The translations under genes were made by a program, and so were the position numbers. DNA of 64,000 bases from an uncultured Verrucomicrobiae bacterium (GTDB taxonomy: Bacteria > Verrucomicrobiota > Verrucomicrobiia > Chthoniobacterales > Chthoniobacteraceae). Positions 8,232-18,479 of the stretch are shown here, piece after piece. The stretch spans positions 96,001 through 160,000 of the forward strand of contig CAWHEP010000009.1 in assembly GCA_963828525.1 (NCBI GenBank), read 5' to 3'. Numbering within the stretch: position 1 is the stretch's first letter; every line of letters begins with the position of its first letter. The notes beneath the pieces were generated by a model. That model was not told the DNA's origin. It searched no databases and worked only from the letters and a program-made list of their open reading frames with translations.

Positions 8232-10061
8232 TCACTTCACCAGCAGCAGCCCCGAACAGGAGCTGATCTGCGCTGGGTGACCGGAGCGCGTGGAGAAGTT
8301 CAGAACTGTGAAAACAAGGCGGCAGCCTTTGCCGTCGTAGGTGTCATCAATCGTCATTTGCTCCACTGGGACAGCGCCGCCCCCTTGTCTTTTCGTCAGT
8401 CCTTCGAGGAGTGCCTCGGTCGGAACCTGGTGGGTCACTGTGTCACTAGCTCTGGAAAGTTCCAGTTTCCCACCGTGTAGGCCGATGCGAGGTTGACGGC
8501 CATCGGTTTTGCCCTGCCATGAATTTTCGTAAAGGTTTTCGACAATGAACGCGTGGCTGAACCCTTCAAACGTGAGACCATCGCCTTGGTTCAGCGTGAA
8601 ATGGTACACTGCGCTCCCGCCGTCGTCGGGAGGACCCTCCACCCCCAGGTTCCGCAGAATTTCCCCCGGCGCATTCCATCGCGTTAGCCGGGCCGCCTCA
8701 GCCGGGCGTTGCATGTCGCCAAAGATTCGTCGAACTTCCTGCTCGCCGTGCATCCCCGCGATGTAACCGATCTCCGAGCTTATCTCCTCACGCTCTTTGT
8801 CAGGGAGCAAGAGAGTCTTCTCCGCCGGGCGAACTTTGCCCGCGACCAGCAAGCCGCGCGCCTCCAGCGCCCGCGTCAAGCGCCTGGTCTGGCTGCGCAG
8901 AGAGATTGCGCCCGCGCTCAGCGGTCCGTATGCCGCCAGCGCGCAGATTACGGCCAGCGAGGCGGGCACCCATCGGATTCCGGCGCTCCTCCTGAAGATC
9001 GAAGCAAGCGCCCAAACCATTATCCAGCCACCCGCCACAATCCCTAGATGCCGCTCCTCCGTCACCCCGTAGGCGACGATTCGTTCCCGTACAGACAGCA
9101 GGAGCAACAGGGAAAGAGGCGCCAGCGCTCGTGGGAAATTCCGGCAATACCACCGCGCCCATTTCTCCTCCCCGCGCGACCGCAACGGAAACAGAAGCAG
9201 GGCTGAAAGGATGCCTACCCCGGACAGTATCAACACTGGGAGCGCCACCCATCCGTGAGGCCACGTTTTCGCCAGCGCGATCTTTAACGCGTACGCGTAG
9301 AGGATCGCCGTATAAACGGCCACCAAGGGAGCGAGCGCAAATTGCGTAAATGCCTTCAGTCCCCGCGGATGCTCCTCGTCCGCCTCCAGCGCCGCGAAGT
9401 CGCGCGGCGCTCCCGCCAGAAAGAACAGGGGATGGAAACAGCCCGCCATGATGAAATACAAGTACCCGTAGCTCTTCTCCAACTTGAGTTCGAAGAGCTT
9501 GTCCGCGCTCAACAGAGCCAATTCCAGGCCGACGGTCAGTACCCAGGCGTAAAGAGTCGCAAGAGAGAACCGCAGAAAGATCTTCCGATTGAATTGCCAG
9601 AACCCATTTCCCGCTCTCCCGGCCACATAGGGTGACACAGCCGCGAAGAAATGCAGCGCCGCCAGCAGCAAGGCCCAATGGATACCCACGATCTCGGGGC
9701 CTTCAAAAGGGCGCTTTGGAAGCGTGAAGAACCAGGGGACGAGCAACGCCAGACCCGCGACCTCCACCGGCCACCGTGTCAAGCTTGCCGCCTGTTCGCG
9801 GACCATCCTCAACGAAAAGAAAAGCGGCATCCCGAGTGCCGCCGTCATCCCGATCCGCTCCCAGAGTCCGCTCAGATCTGCATGATTACCCTCCAGCTTC
9901 GTAACCATGATGGCAGCCGTTGTCCCAAGGAACCCGCACAGCAGCATCCACGGAAACCGCCCGAATGCCGAACCCAGACCGGCGCGGATCTTCAACCCAA
10001 GCCCTGCAAAACGGGAAGGAATAGTCAGGCCTTCAGGCAACTGCGATTCCGTCCGAAACAC
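8232..10061 (-). CDS. DUF4153-like multi-pass membrane protein
   Basis: About 11 TM segments; FWQFN and ERI.AYG.TE.R motifs; soluble C-terminal tail. Confidence 0.75.
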   Translation of the reverse strand: MFRTESQLPEGLTIPSRFAGLGLKIRAGLGSAFGRFPWMLLCGFLGTTAAIMVTKLEGNHADLSGLWERIGMTAALGMPLFFSLRMVREQAASLTRWPVEVAGLALLVPWFFTLPKRPFEGPEIVGIHWALLLAALHFFAAVSPYVAGRAGNGFWQFNRKIFLRFSLATLYAWVLTVGLELALLSADKLFELKLEKSYGYLYFIMAGCFHPLFFLAGAPRDFAALEADEEHPRGLKAFTQFALAPLVAVYTAILYAYALKIALAKTWPHGWVALPVLILSGVGILSALLLFPLRSRGEEKWARWYCRNFPRALAPLSLLLLLSVRERIVAYGVTEERHLGIVAGGWIMVWALASIFRRSAGIRWVPASLAVICALAAYGPLSAGAISLRSQTRRLTRALEARGLLVAGKVRPAEKTLLLPDKEREEISSEIGYIAGMHGEQEVRRIFGDMQRPAEAARLTRWNAPGEILRNLGVEGPPDDGGSAVYHFTLNQGDGLTFEGFSHAFIVENLYENSWQGKTDGRQPRIGLHGGKLELSRASDTVTHQVPTEALLEGLTKRQGGGAVPVEQMTIDDTYDGKGCRLVFTVLNFSTRSGHPAQISSCSGLLLVK

Positions 10062-10079
10062 AAGACCAAAGCGAAATAC

Positions 10080-11306
10080 TCAGCCGAGGATGGCAAGGAG
10101 TTCGCTGGTGAAACTCCGCGCAATCTCGCGCGCGTCATTATCGCTAAAGGCGGCTCGTCTGTAGGTAAGCCCCAAAGCTACCCGCCCGTTGAGCGTCGTC
10201 GGTGTGAAGATAAGCGGCACCGGCCCCGTCGGAGACACCCGGACGTAATCACGCGGACCGCCTTTACTGCCGCTCACCTGCTGCTCGATCCAGGAACCCG
10301 TCAGATTCACATTCGAAATGCCAGCAAGTGTCGCCAGAGCCTTGTGCATGAGAAGCTCCTTCCTCCCTGGCCAATGATCCCAGACTCGGCGCGCCAAGCC
10401 GAGCCCCGAAAAGGCGCGCGATGCCGCTGAGAGTGTCTTGGCCCGCGCCGTCCGCGTCGAAATTTCACGTGCCAGTGTTTCCATCGAGCGTTCGGGCGAA
10501 GGCACTGCCACGCTGAAATAACTCAGGAAGCATCCCCCCTCGCCGCGCGCGGTTTCGTCAAGGAACCGCCGCATGTCGATCGCGACCGCCATCCCGATCT
10601 CATCGCGAGTCGCAGCGCGCCGCGCGGCGGCCGTCCTCTCCCCCAAAACCCGCGCAATCACCGCGAGAAAGATATCATTGACCGTCACGTCCCATCCCTT
10701 CGCGCGGGCATGCAGCCCCACGGCGTCCACTCCGACATCAGCCGCGCGAAGAAACCCGCAATGGACGTTAGCCGGGTTGTTAAGCCAGACTCGGAAAGCG
10801 CGCCGGTTTGCCATCAGCAACCGCGCGCACTCCACCGCGCCAAGGAACCAGCGATGCGAAAAGGCTGACCGCGGATTCCGGAACCGCAGTGGAGGCAGAG
10901 CGGCCCCGTCGGGGTGGATGAACCGCAGCAAACAACGCCGCATCCATTGCCGGATGCTGTATCCATCCACCAACCAGTGGTCGAACATGGTCCCGAACCA
11001 GTGCGAGCCATCCAGAGCGTCCAGCAGGAAGAATCGAAGCGGCGGAGCGGTTGATTCGAAAGGGAGATTAAGCTGGTCGCTAATCGCTCCCTCCAGATCG
11101 CCGTTGTATATTTCCATCGGCAGGATCACCGGCGGCTCGCAGGGAAACCCGAAATCCGTCTCGCTCCATACCGCGCGAAGCGCGTCGTTCCACCGCGCCA
11201 CATCCAGCGGGCAGGAGACCCTCATCGCGTCGCCCGCGTTATAGGCCCCCATCTTTGCCCAGCTTTTCATCAAGCGCTGGAACTCGTTCAAGCGAAGAAG
11301 ACTCAT
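10080..11306 (-). CDS. Stand-alone condensation-fold (PapA5/Atf-like) acyltransferase
   Basis: FDHWLVDG (HxxxDG catalytic motif), VTVNDIFLA, AIDMRR, G.FLS and ISNV elements typical of CoA-dependent acyltransferases; no A or T domain. Confidence 0.65.
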   Translation of the reverse strand: MSLLRLNEFQRLMKSWAKMGAYNAGDAMRVSCPLDVARWNDALRAVWSETDFGFPCEPPVILPMEIYNGDLEGAISDQLNLPFESTAPPLRFFLLDALDGSHWFGTMFDHWLVDGYSIRQWMRRCLLRFIHPDGAALPPLRFRNPRSAFSHRWFLGAVECARLLMANRRAFRVWLNNPANVHCGFLRAADVGVDAVGLHARAKGWDVTVNDIFLAVIARVLGERTAAARRAATRDEIGMAVAIDMRRFLDETARGEGGCFLSYFSVAVPSPERSMETLAREISTRTARAKTLSAASRAFSGLGLARRVWDHWPGRKELLMHKALATLAGISNVNLTGSWIEQQVSGSKGGPRDYVRVSPTGPVPLIFTPTTLNGRVALGLTYRRAAFSDNDAREIARSFTSELLAILG

Positions 11307-12424
11307 GCGCCTTTTCTCACCTGCTCATACAGCGCCAGGAATTCGCTCGTCTGCCGATCAAAGGAATGTCCAAGCGCCAACTGCCGCGCCGTCGCCCCCA
11401 TGCGTCCCCGTAGATCACCGTCCAGCAACTGCCGCATCCGCTCCGTGAGTTCTTCCACATTGTCAGGGGCGCTCAATACAAAACCATCCTGTCCATCCGC
11501 CATCAGCTCCGAAGCGCCATTGAAGCGGCTGGTGATAACCGGGATGCCGATCGCCTGCGCCTCCAGGGTTACCAGACTGCATGGGTCATACCACGTCGGA
11601 TGCGCGAACACATCCGCCGCCGCGTAAAGAGAAATCGGATCTTCCACGACGCCCGGAAACTGGATTTCCCGCGCGCATCCCAGGCTCGCGGCGAGCTTCC
11701 GGAACCGCTCTGTTCTACCCGCGCCGGCAATGACAGCGCGAACCTTATAGCCGGCCTTGGAAAGCCGCCCGACTGCTCGTATGAAGGTGTCCGCGTTCTT
11801 CAGCAGGAGATTGTGCGCCAGCATCAGGAACAGAGTCTCATCCCGCAGGCCTAGCCGCTCCCGCGCCTCCTTCCGGCGCTCCGCGCGCGCGCCGGGCGAA
11901 AACCGCGCCGTATCGGCCCCGTTATAGATGAGGCGCATCCTGCTCGCGGGCAGCTGATGGTATTCCTCGAAATGACGCCGCGCCATGTTTGACACGGCGA
12001 CGATGAGCATCCCCGGTTGCGCGTGCTGCCGTTTCTCCAGTTCCGCCATTTCGCGATAACGCTTCTCGCGCCAGAAGCGAATCTGCCTCCACTTCGGGAT
12101 GCGCATCAGGTTGTGCTCCCACAGCGCAACCGTCGATCCTCCATGGGGATGCAGGATGTCCGCCCGCCAGCCAGCGCCCATGTCATGTACGACGTCGAAA
12201 CTTTGCGTCCGGAGATACTCCTCAAACGCGGCAGCGCGGCCCAACCGAGAACGCGGCTTGTCGAGACGGTGAAGCATGATTCCCCTCTCCGCCCCCGATG
12301 CCTCAAACGCGACCACATGCGGCTCATGACCTCGAGCAACCAATTGCCTCGCGAACTGCCATGTCCAATGTTCCAATCCCCCTTTGCGGGGATCGAACTT
12401 CTCGAGGACCAGCGCGACTCTCAA
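11303..12424 (-). CDS. GT4 glycosyltransferase (WaaG/RfaG-like)
   Basis: KGGLE N-terminal motif; YDPCSLVTLEA; probable TTG start at 12424. Confidence 0.88.
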   Translation of the reverse strand: MRVALVLEKFDPRKGGLEHWTWQFARQLVARGHEPHVVAFEASGAERGIMLHRLDKPRSRLGRAAAFEEYLRTQSFDVVHDMGAGWRADILHPHGGSTVALWEHNLMRIPKWRQIRFWREKRYREMAELEKRQHAQPGMLIVAVSNMARRHFEEYHQLPASRMRLIYNGADTARFSPGARAERRKEARERLGLRDETLFLMLAHNLLLKNADTFIRAVGRLSKAGYKVRAVIAGAGRTERFRKLAASLGCAREIQFPGVVEDPISLYAAADVFAHPTWYDPCSLVTLEAQAIGIPVITSRFNGASELMADGQDGFVLSAPDNVEELTERMRQLLDGDLRGRMGATARQLALGHSFDRQTSEFLALYEQVRKGA

Positions 12425-12449
12425 TTTCCTGGGATTCTCCGCGGCAAAC

Positions 12450-13877
12450 TCATTTCGCCTTACCCCATAGAACAAGCTGAACAGCCTTGCCAGTCGGCAG
12501 ATTAAAACCATTCGCCGTTGCGACTGTCCACGCCGGATCGCAGACGGTCTGGCGGGCGATCTTCTCCGGCATCACGCAGCATCTCGGCCCCGGTTGTTTC
12601 ATGAACGCGACAATCTCGTCCGGGCCGAGCCTTTGCACCCACCGCCGTGTCCACGCGCGAAAATACCACACGAGGCTCGGTTCGTCGAAGTCCACCGCTG
12701 CCACTTCCATTTGCGGCGTCGCAAACGGAGCGCAGGCCGCCGCGATGCGCGAAACGGGCAGAAGATGCCCGTACGTCGGCGCCAGGATGAAACAGCAGGC
12801 GAGCACCACAGCGCACATGCCGCCCGCCAGCAAGAAAGGCGTCCGGCCGCGCCGAAGCTGACCCGCGCACAGGATCGCCAGCAATGGCACCGCGGGCAGC
12901 GTGTAGTGGGGAAGCTTTGTGCCCAGCGGCGTGAACACGGCAAACGTCAGTATTATGCCGCCAAGGAGGTAACGCTCGGCCATCCCCCGGTTTTCCTTGC
13001 TCCAGAAGCGCGCAATCAACGCCGGGAGATAGATCGACCAGGGGAAGAAGCTGCCAAAGATCGTCACAAAGTAGAAAGGAAGCAGGACGAAATACGACAC
13101 CAGGCCCCGCGCGCCGTGCCCTTCCAATGCGGTGAATGAGCGCGCCACAACGTGTTTGCCGATGCCGACGCGAAAGAACTCCCCGCGCGTTTCCATCAGC
13201 GCGGGGATTCCCCAGAGCGCGATGATCGCGATCATCATCGGCAAACCCAGGTGAAACTTCATTAAGCGATTCTTGCCGGCATTGCCTGGGTACAGCAACA
13301 CAGTCCCAATCGGCAGCAATGCCACCGGGCCTTTCGCCAGAAAACCAAACGCGAGCGCCACGTAGAACACAAGCCACCAGCCGGCTCGCCTGGCTTGCCC
13401 TTCGCGCAACTCCCACCCTGCCCAGGAAGCCAGCGCCACAAAGAAGACCATGCACAGATCGGCGACCGCCATCCGGGCATGGATCAACACATCCGCTGAA
13501 AGCGTAAAAATAATGGCCGCCCACAACCCCGCGCGACGGTCATAAAGTCGCGAACCAAAGCCAAAGACCACCAAGGCCGTCAGAGTCGCCGCGATGGCGG
13601 AAGGGAGCCTCGCCGCAAATTCATTTTCGCCAAAAACCGAGTAGCAAACCGTCTGTGCCCAGTAAACGAGCGGCGGCTTATCCAGCCGCATCTCATGATT
13701 AAAGTAAGGGACGACATAATCGCCCCTTTCTCTCATCTCCCTCGAGGCCTCAGCAAACCGAGGTTCATCCCGATCCATCAGCGAGAGATTCCACGATCCC
13801 ACCGTGTGCATAGCCAGGCAGAACACGGCAAGTAAAAGCGGGGTGAACCTGTGTTCGGCTAACCTTGAACTGTTCAT
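12450..13877 (-). CDS. ArnT/PMT-like lipid-donor glycosyltransferase (GT-C, GT83/39)
   Basis: DRDEPRFAEASREM, DKPPLVYW, NEFAARLPS, LAKGP, FFPWS and KLPHY motifs. Confidence 0.88.
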   Translation of the reverse strand: MNSSRLAEHRFTPLLLAVFCLAMHTVGSWNLSLMDRDEPRFAEASREMRERGDYVVPYFNHEMRLDKPPLVYWAQTVCYSVFGENEFAARLPSAIAATLTALVVFGFGSRLYDRRAGLWAAIIFTLSADVLIHARMAVADLCMVFFVALASWAGWELREGQARRAGWWLVFYVALAFGFLAKGPVALLPIGTVLLYPGNAGKNRLMKFHLGLPMMIAIIALWGIPALMETRGEFFRVGIGKHVVARSFTALEGHGARGLVSYFVLLPFYFVTIFGSFFPWSIYLPALIARFWSKENRGMAERYLLGGIILTFAVFTPLGTKLPHYTLPAVPLLAILCAGQLRRGRTPFLLAGGMCAVVLACCFILAPTYGHLLPVSRIAAACAPFATPQMEVAAVDFDEPSLVWYFRAWTRRWVQRLGPDEIVAFMKQPGPRCCVMPEKIARQTVCDPAWTVATANGFNLPTGKAVQLVLWGKAK

Positions 13878-14049
13878 TTCACTGGACTGAGTGTTTATCC
13901 TATTTGCCTCGCTTAACTCTGCCTTCCCGGCTTAGCGTAAATTCGATGAGAATCGAGCCATCATCTCTCAAATCGCCGGAAATGGTGAAGGAGTCACGGA
14001 TTGAGCGCGTCTCAACCTGCAGCCGCGCTTTCTCTCGCGATATCACGTC

Positions 14050-15270
14050 GTGCCTTCTGGTCTGATCCAGGCGCCTGCGGGCAATCTCTCGCCGGATAAG
14101 CCGCACTCCCTGGAGCGAACGGCGCATCTGCTCTGGAGGATTCTCATTGGCGTTATCATCGCGCGCGGTCTGATATGGCCGCATAGAAATAACTGCTTCC
14201 TCGAGCACTACAGGCCAGCCGGACTGAACTGGCTTTGGAGTCGCGACCTCTACGAAGCCACCGCGGATACGTGCAGGTACAGCCCTCTCATACATGCGCT
14301 TCTCGTTCCGTTTAGCGCCCTGCCCGAGCGGATCGGGTCAACTTTGTGGCGACTGGCAGAATGTTTTTCCGTTTATTGGGCTCTCCTTTGGTGGTTGCGG
14401 ACACTCTGTCCTCCCTTCTCAAGCGCCAGAACGCGCGGATTGATTTTGCTGGCAGCTTTGCCGATCGCAATAGGCAGCCTGAACAACGGGCAATCGAATG
14501 GCTTCATGATCGCGGGCATGCTGTGGGGTGTCGCCGCGGCAAGCGAAGAGCGCTGGCTCCTCGCCGCCTTCTCGGTCGCGTTTGCGACGTCTTTTAAAAT
14601 CTATCCGGTCGCTTTGGCGCTGCTGCTCATGCTCCACGCTCCCCGGGCCTTTACTCCCCGCTTTCTGCTGGCAATCGTTGTGTGCGCCGTTCTGCCATTC
14701 TTCTTTCAAAGTCCCTCCTATGTCACCCATCAGTATGCTCGCTGGTTTCAGAATTTGAACGTGGATGACCGCTCGGCCTGGCCTCTAAGCGAATCGTATC
14801 GGGACGCATGGCTGCTCACGAGGCGCTATGGACCGGCAATGAGCCATCTTGCGTACCAATGGTTGCAACTCGCGGCCGCGCTGGTCATCGCCATTGCCTG
14901 CTTCGCGATCCGCGCCAATCGCCGGGAAAATTCGCTCAACATCACCTTGGGCCTCGCCGTTTGCTGGATGACGGCGTTTGGCCCAGCCACCGAATCGCCT
15001 ACTTACATCCTGCTTGCCCCTACTTTGGGATGGTTGCTGGCCTCCGCATGGGCGGGTCCATTGCCGCGCTGGACGCGCGTTCCCGCGACCCTCAGCGCCC
15101 TTCTTTTTTACACAACGGCCATCGCCACAGCCACACCGGCTGGCAGGACGGTCCTCATGCTCGGCACGCAACCAGTCGGCGCGCTGCTGATTCTCGGCAC
15201 TCTCCTGATTTTGAGCAGACGCGACTCGCGCGGCGATTCAACTTGCAATGCGCAGAATCCCATCGCCTAA
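14050..15270 (+). CDS. GT87-like (DUF2029) polyprenol-P-sugar glycosyltransferase
   Basis: RYSP, NNGQSN, FKIYP motifs; multi-TM. Confidence 0.78.
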   Translation: MPSGLIQAPAGNLSPDKPHSLERTAHLLWRILIGVIIARGLIWPHRNNCFLEHYRPAGLNWLWSRDLYEATADTCRYSPLIHALLVPFSALPERIGSTLWRLAECFSVYWALLWWLRTLCPPFSSARTRGLILLAALPIAIGSLNNGQSNGFMIAGMLWGVAAASEERWLLAAFSVAFATSFKIYPVALALLLMLHAPRAFTPRFLLAIVVCAVLPFFFQSPSYVTHQYARWFQNLNVDDRSAWPLSESYRDAWLLTRRYGPAMSHLAYQWLQLAAALVIAIACFAIRANRRENSLNITLGLAVCWMTAFGPATESPTYILLAPTLGWLLASAWAGPLPRWTRVPATLSALLFYTTAIATATPAGRTVLMLGTQPVGALLILGTLLILSRRDSRGDSTCNAQNPIA

Positions 15271-15296
15271 AGGGGAATGGCGATAGGAGCAGAAGC

Positions 15297-15332
15297 AAAA
15301 ACGACGGCCCGCGCGGGCGGGCCGTCGCTTCT
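15297..15332. terminator. Rho-independent terminator between convergent GT87 and PL4 genes
   Basis: 11-bp stem CGACGGCCCGC-gcgg-GCGGGCCGTCG (15302-15327); AAAAA at 15297-15301 gives a U-tail on the minus strand. Confidence 0.8.
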
Positions 15333-15363
15333 GTTGTTATAATCTGCCGGACTCTCCGACAAA

Positions 15364-18300
15364 CTACGGCGCGGAAACCGTCGCCGGAGCCGAGACCCCG
15401 GTGACATTTACGGCGGTCACCTGGTAGTAGTAGGTGGTGGTCGCGCTGAGGTTTTTGTCAGTGTAACCACTCTCGCCAGTCACGTTTACGTACTCGCCGG
15501 GGAAGCTGAACTGCCCGGATTGGGTGGATCGGTAGATGACATAACCTGTCGCGTCGGACACGGGCGACCAGCTCAGCGCGATGCTTGTGCCACCGGTAAG
15601 CCGGACGGCTGCCAGCAACCCGGGGGCCGAAGACGGGGCGGCGTTCAATGGAATAGCTTGTACCGAGGCAGACGCGCCGCTCGTCCCGCCTGCGCTGATC
15701 GCTTTCACGGAGTAGCTGTATGTCTTTCCGTCCGACGGGGTGGTATCCGTATAGGTCAGGCTTTTGACGTAGTCATTGAGGATGTTTGTCCTCAGCGTTA
15801 TCTCGTTTCCGGTGCCGTTGTCATACAGCGTCGAGCGAGAGACGCTATAGTAATTGGCGCCAGGCGAGGCGGACCATCCGATCGCCACGCTATGATGCCC
15901 GCTGCTCGTGACAGCTAGGCCCGTAGGAGCGGCGGGGGCGCTGGAGGAAATGCCGCCGGAAGGCATGGCCCCGGCGCTTTGCGGAGAATTCGCGCTCGTG
16001 CCAGATGGGTTGTAGGATTGCACTACGTAGTAATAGGTAGTGCCGTTCACCGCTGTTTTATCCGTGAACGTCTCGGTTCCCTGGTCGCCACCGCTGACCG
16101 GGCCGAGAACATCGCCCAATGAAACATACCCGCTCCCGGAAGTGGTGGAGCGCGAGTAATAGTACCGGGTCGCGCCTGGCACGACAGGCCAGGAGAGCAG
16201 GTTGCGATTGTTGCCCGGATAAACGGTGAGACTGGCGGGTGGCGGCGGAACGTAGCCCGATAACTCCAGCCGGAGATAGTCCAGCATGAGATATTGAGTC
16301 AGCCCCGTGGCGTTCATGTTGATCGTGAGGGTGTTCTGCCCAGCGCGCAGCATCGTAGCCGGGAAGGTGATTCGCTCATCGGAGAATGGGCCGTGGTCGC
16401 TGAAATGTATGCTGCTGTCATCCTGGTAGGCCGGGTTGTAACCGGTGGCCGTAAGCGCCACAGGAGCGGAAGTTACTCCGCTCGCGGTGCCAAGGTTTGC
16501 TCCGTTGACACTCAAAACAACGTTCCCGCCATCATCCCCGGCGCATCCCAGGTAGATCGACGCCTGCGCGCCCGCCGCGGGCGTGGTCGCCAGATTGAAC
16601 GTGATGGCGCCAGTCGCTGACTGGAAGCTTCCGGAAGTAGTTGGCAGTGAAGGCAGGACATAATTCCAGTCCTCCGCCCAGCGGCTTTGGCCGACCGTGT
16701 AGTTCATCCCGTTCGGGAAGTCCAAGGGGAACAACACCTGCATGCCCCAGACTCCGGTGGGGAAGCCCAGCTTCGGTTGCAGCTCCGGCGACCAGAAATC
16801 CTCGCCATGCCGGAACTCGTCCGCCTTGCGATCTGGATAACCAAGTTCAAACACAGTGGAGCCCACACGATTCGCGGTCCACGTGAACGTTCCGAGGTTG
16901 GTTGTGCCTCCGGCGGTGACGGAAACCGCGAAGGGAGTGGACGGAACATCGAGTTCCAATGGAGGGTTGCCTCCGGATTGATTCTGCGAGAGGAACGTGC
17001 CAGCAATGCCCTTTCCATACGCCCACAATGTATAGTTTGAACCCGCGATCACGTTCGGAAGCGTAAAGTTTCCGCCGGAGTCAGTCTGCGTCCAATACTG
17101 ATAGGGCTTGAGCCACTTTTGAAAATCATAGGTGGCGGTGCTGGTAGCAGGCTGTTCCTCGATGCCAACCCAAGTTCCCGCTACGGTAGGATTATGATCC
17201 CCCGCGTCGGAAAGGTTGATCTTTCCGGTGACCGTGCCCCGCCCGGCGGCGAGGGTATAATTCGGGTTTGAAAACCAGCTATAAGGCCATGCGGCCGCTT
17301 CTGCTTGATACTGAGCGTTGGCGTCATCGAAGAGCGCTTGCGCGGCCTGGGTTGGATCGGTAATCGTGTTTGAGACGTTATTACAGTAGATGAACCAAGG
17401 TCCGCAGGTCTTCGTCCAAATTTCTCCGGCTGCCAGGTTGCCGTCGGATCCCATTCCGAGTTCTCCCGTGAGAATCGAGTTGTTTAGCAGATTGAAAATG
17501 TATGAGCCGACATCCCGCTTCATCGGACCGCCGTCGCTAAACGTCAGATTGGTCATCATCCACTTGCCGATGTTTAGTCCGCCTGCGCCCACGCTGCTCC
17601 AGCCCCATGCCTTCTGATCCGCGTGATCCTGGGCATAAATGAACTTGTCATCAAATTTACCCGCCGCGCCACCGTTCAGATCCACGGAGATCTCATGCGG
17701 CGCGTTTGGGACGTTAACGCTGCTGTGACTGGTGGGCAGCAGGCCCACAAAGAAGTTGCGGGTGTCATCGGCGCTCAGCCAATTGTAGAGCTGCGCGACT
17801 CTTGTGATGACGCCGAAGGCCGTCACGCCGAAAGGCCCATCCTGCGCCCGATGGGTCATGATGGCTGTCGAGTAAAAGCCTGGCGAACCTCGCATCATTG
17901 AGAAATGGGTTTCCATTATCCCATTGGTGCCGGTGGCGCTCACCAGCTTCGCGTCGGCAAAATCACCGCCATTGCTAGCGGGATCAACCGCGAGGGTGTA
18001 GGTGTAGGTCGCGCTGCCATTCGTGGTGCCCAGGAAAAATCCCCCGTAGTAATATTGCCCAGTGCCGGCCAGCGTCTCCACCGTCTGGTTTGTCCCGCTG
18101 TTGTTGAACGTATATTTCAGGGAGTCCAAGCGGGACTGGGTTTTCTCCAAAATAATGGACACAACACCGTTGGCCATCGTCACGGTGCCATTGCCGTTGT
18201 CAGTCACTGTCACGTTGGGCCCAGTGCCGTTCCCGCCGCCGGCAATATTTGCAAGCGCTGGTTTCGGGATGGACAGCATTACGATAGGAAGCAGTACTGC

Positions 18301-18366
18301 CACGCGAAGTACGCGAGGGAGCACAACACTACGCCGGCCTGTACGGCCGCTTTCGACTTTGTTCAT
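15364..18366 (-). CDS. Secreted rhamnogalacturonan lyase (PL4-like) with three C-terminal FN3 domains
   Basis: Signal peptide; GSPGFYS, DDKF, WTKTCGPW, WPYSW, RGTVTG, YQYWT..D..G.F, YTLWAY and DYLRLE PL4 motifs; FN3 units with Y.Y.V.A.N..G.S. Confidence 0.82.
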   Translation of the reverse strand: MNKVESGRTGRRSVVLPRVLRVAVLLPIVMLSIPKPALANIAGGGNGTGPNVTVTDNGNGTVTMANGVVSIILEKTQSRLDSLKYTFNNSGTNQTVETLAGTGQYYYGGFFLGTTNGSATYTYTLAVDPASNGGDFADAKLVSATGTNGIMETHFSMMRGSPGFYSTAIMTHRAQDGPFGVTAFGVITRVAQLYNWLSADDTRNFFVGLLPTSHSSVNVPNAPHEISVDLNGGAAGKFDDKFIYAQDHADQKAWGWSSVGAGGLNIGKWMMTNLTFSDGGPMKRDVGSYIFNLLNNSILTGELGMGSDGNLAAGEIWTKTCGPWFIYCNNVSNTITDPTQAAQALFDDANAQYQAEAAAWPYSWFSNPNYTLAAGRGTVTGKINLSDAGDHNPTVAGTWVGIEEQPATSTATYDFQKWLKPYQYWTQTDSGGNFTLPNVIAGSNYTLWAYGKGIAGTFLSQNQSGGNPPLELDVPSTPFAVSVTAGGTTNLGTFTWTANRVGSTVFELGYPDRKADEFRHGEDFWSPELQPKLGFPTGVWGMQVLFPLDFPNGMNYTVGQSRWAEDWNYVLPSLPTTSGSFQSATGAITFNLATTPAAGAQASIYLGCAGDDGGNVVLSVNGANLGTASGVTSAPVALTATGYNPAYQDDSSIHFSDHGPFSDERITFPATMLRAGQNTLTINMNATGLTQYLMLDYLRLELSGYVPPPPASLTVYPGNNRNLLSWPVVPGATRYYYSRSTTSGSGYVSLGDVLGPVSGGDQGTETFTDKTAVNGTTYYYVVQSYNPSGTSANSPQSAGAMPSGGISSSAPAAPTGLAVTSSGHHSVAIGWSASPGANYYSVSRSTLYDNGTGNEITLRTNILNDYVKSLTYTDTTPSDGKTYSYSVKAISAGGTSGASASVQAIPLNAAPSSAPGLLAAVRLTGGTSIALSWSPVSDATGYVIYRSTQSGQFSFPGEYVNVTGESGYTDKNLSATTTYYYQVTAVNVTGVSAPATVSAP

Positions 18367-18479
18367 GTTTTAGGGGGAGGGGGGTGAACGCCCAGAAGAA
18401 CGGAATGTTCAACCGAGCAGGCGCATTTAATGGGTCGCGCGGAAATAAGTAAAGTATGTATTAAATATTTCTATCACAA

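Noticed and set aside
13900..14295. 131-aa minus-strand ORF between ArnT and GT87
   Set aside because: Overlaps the GT87 5' region on the opposite strand and has no recognisable motifs.
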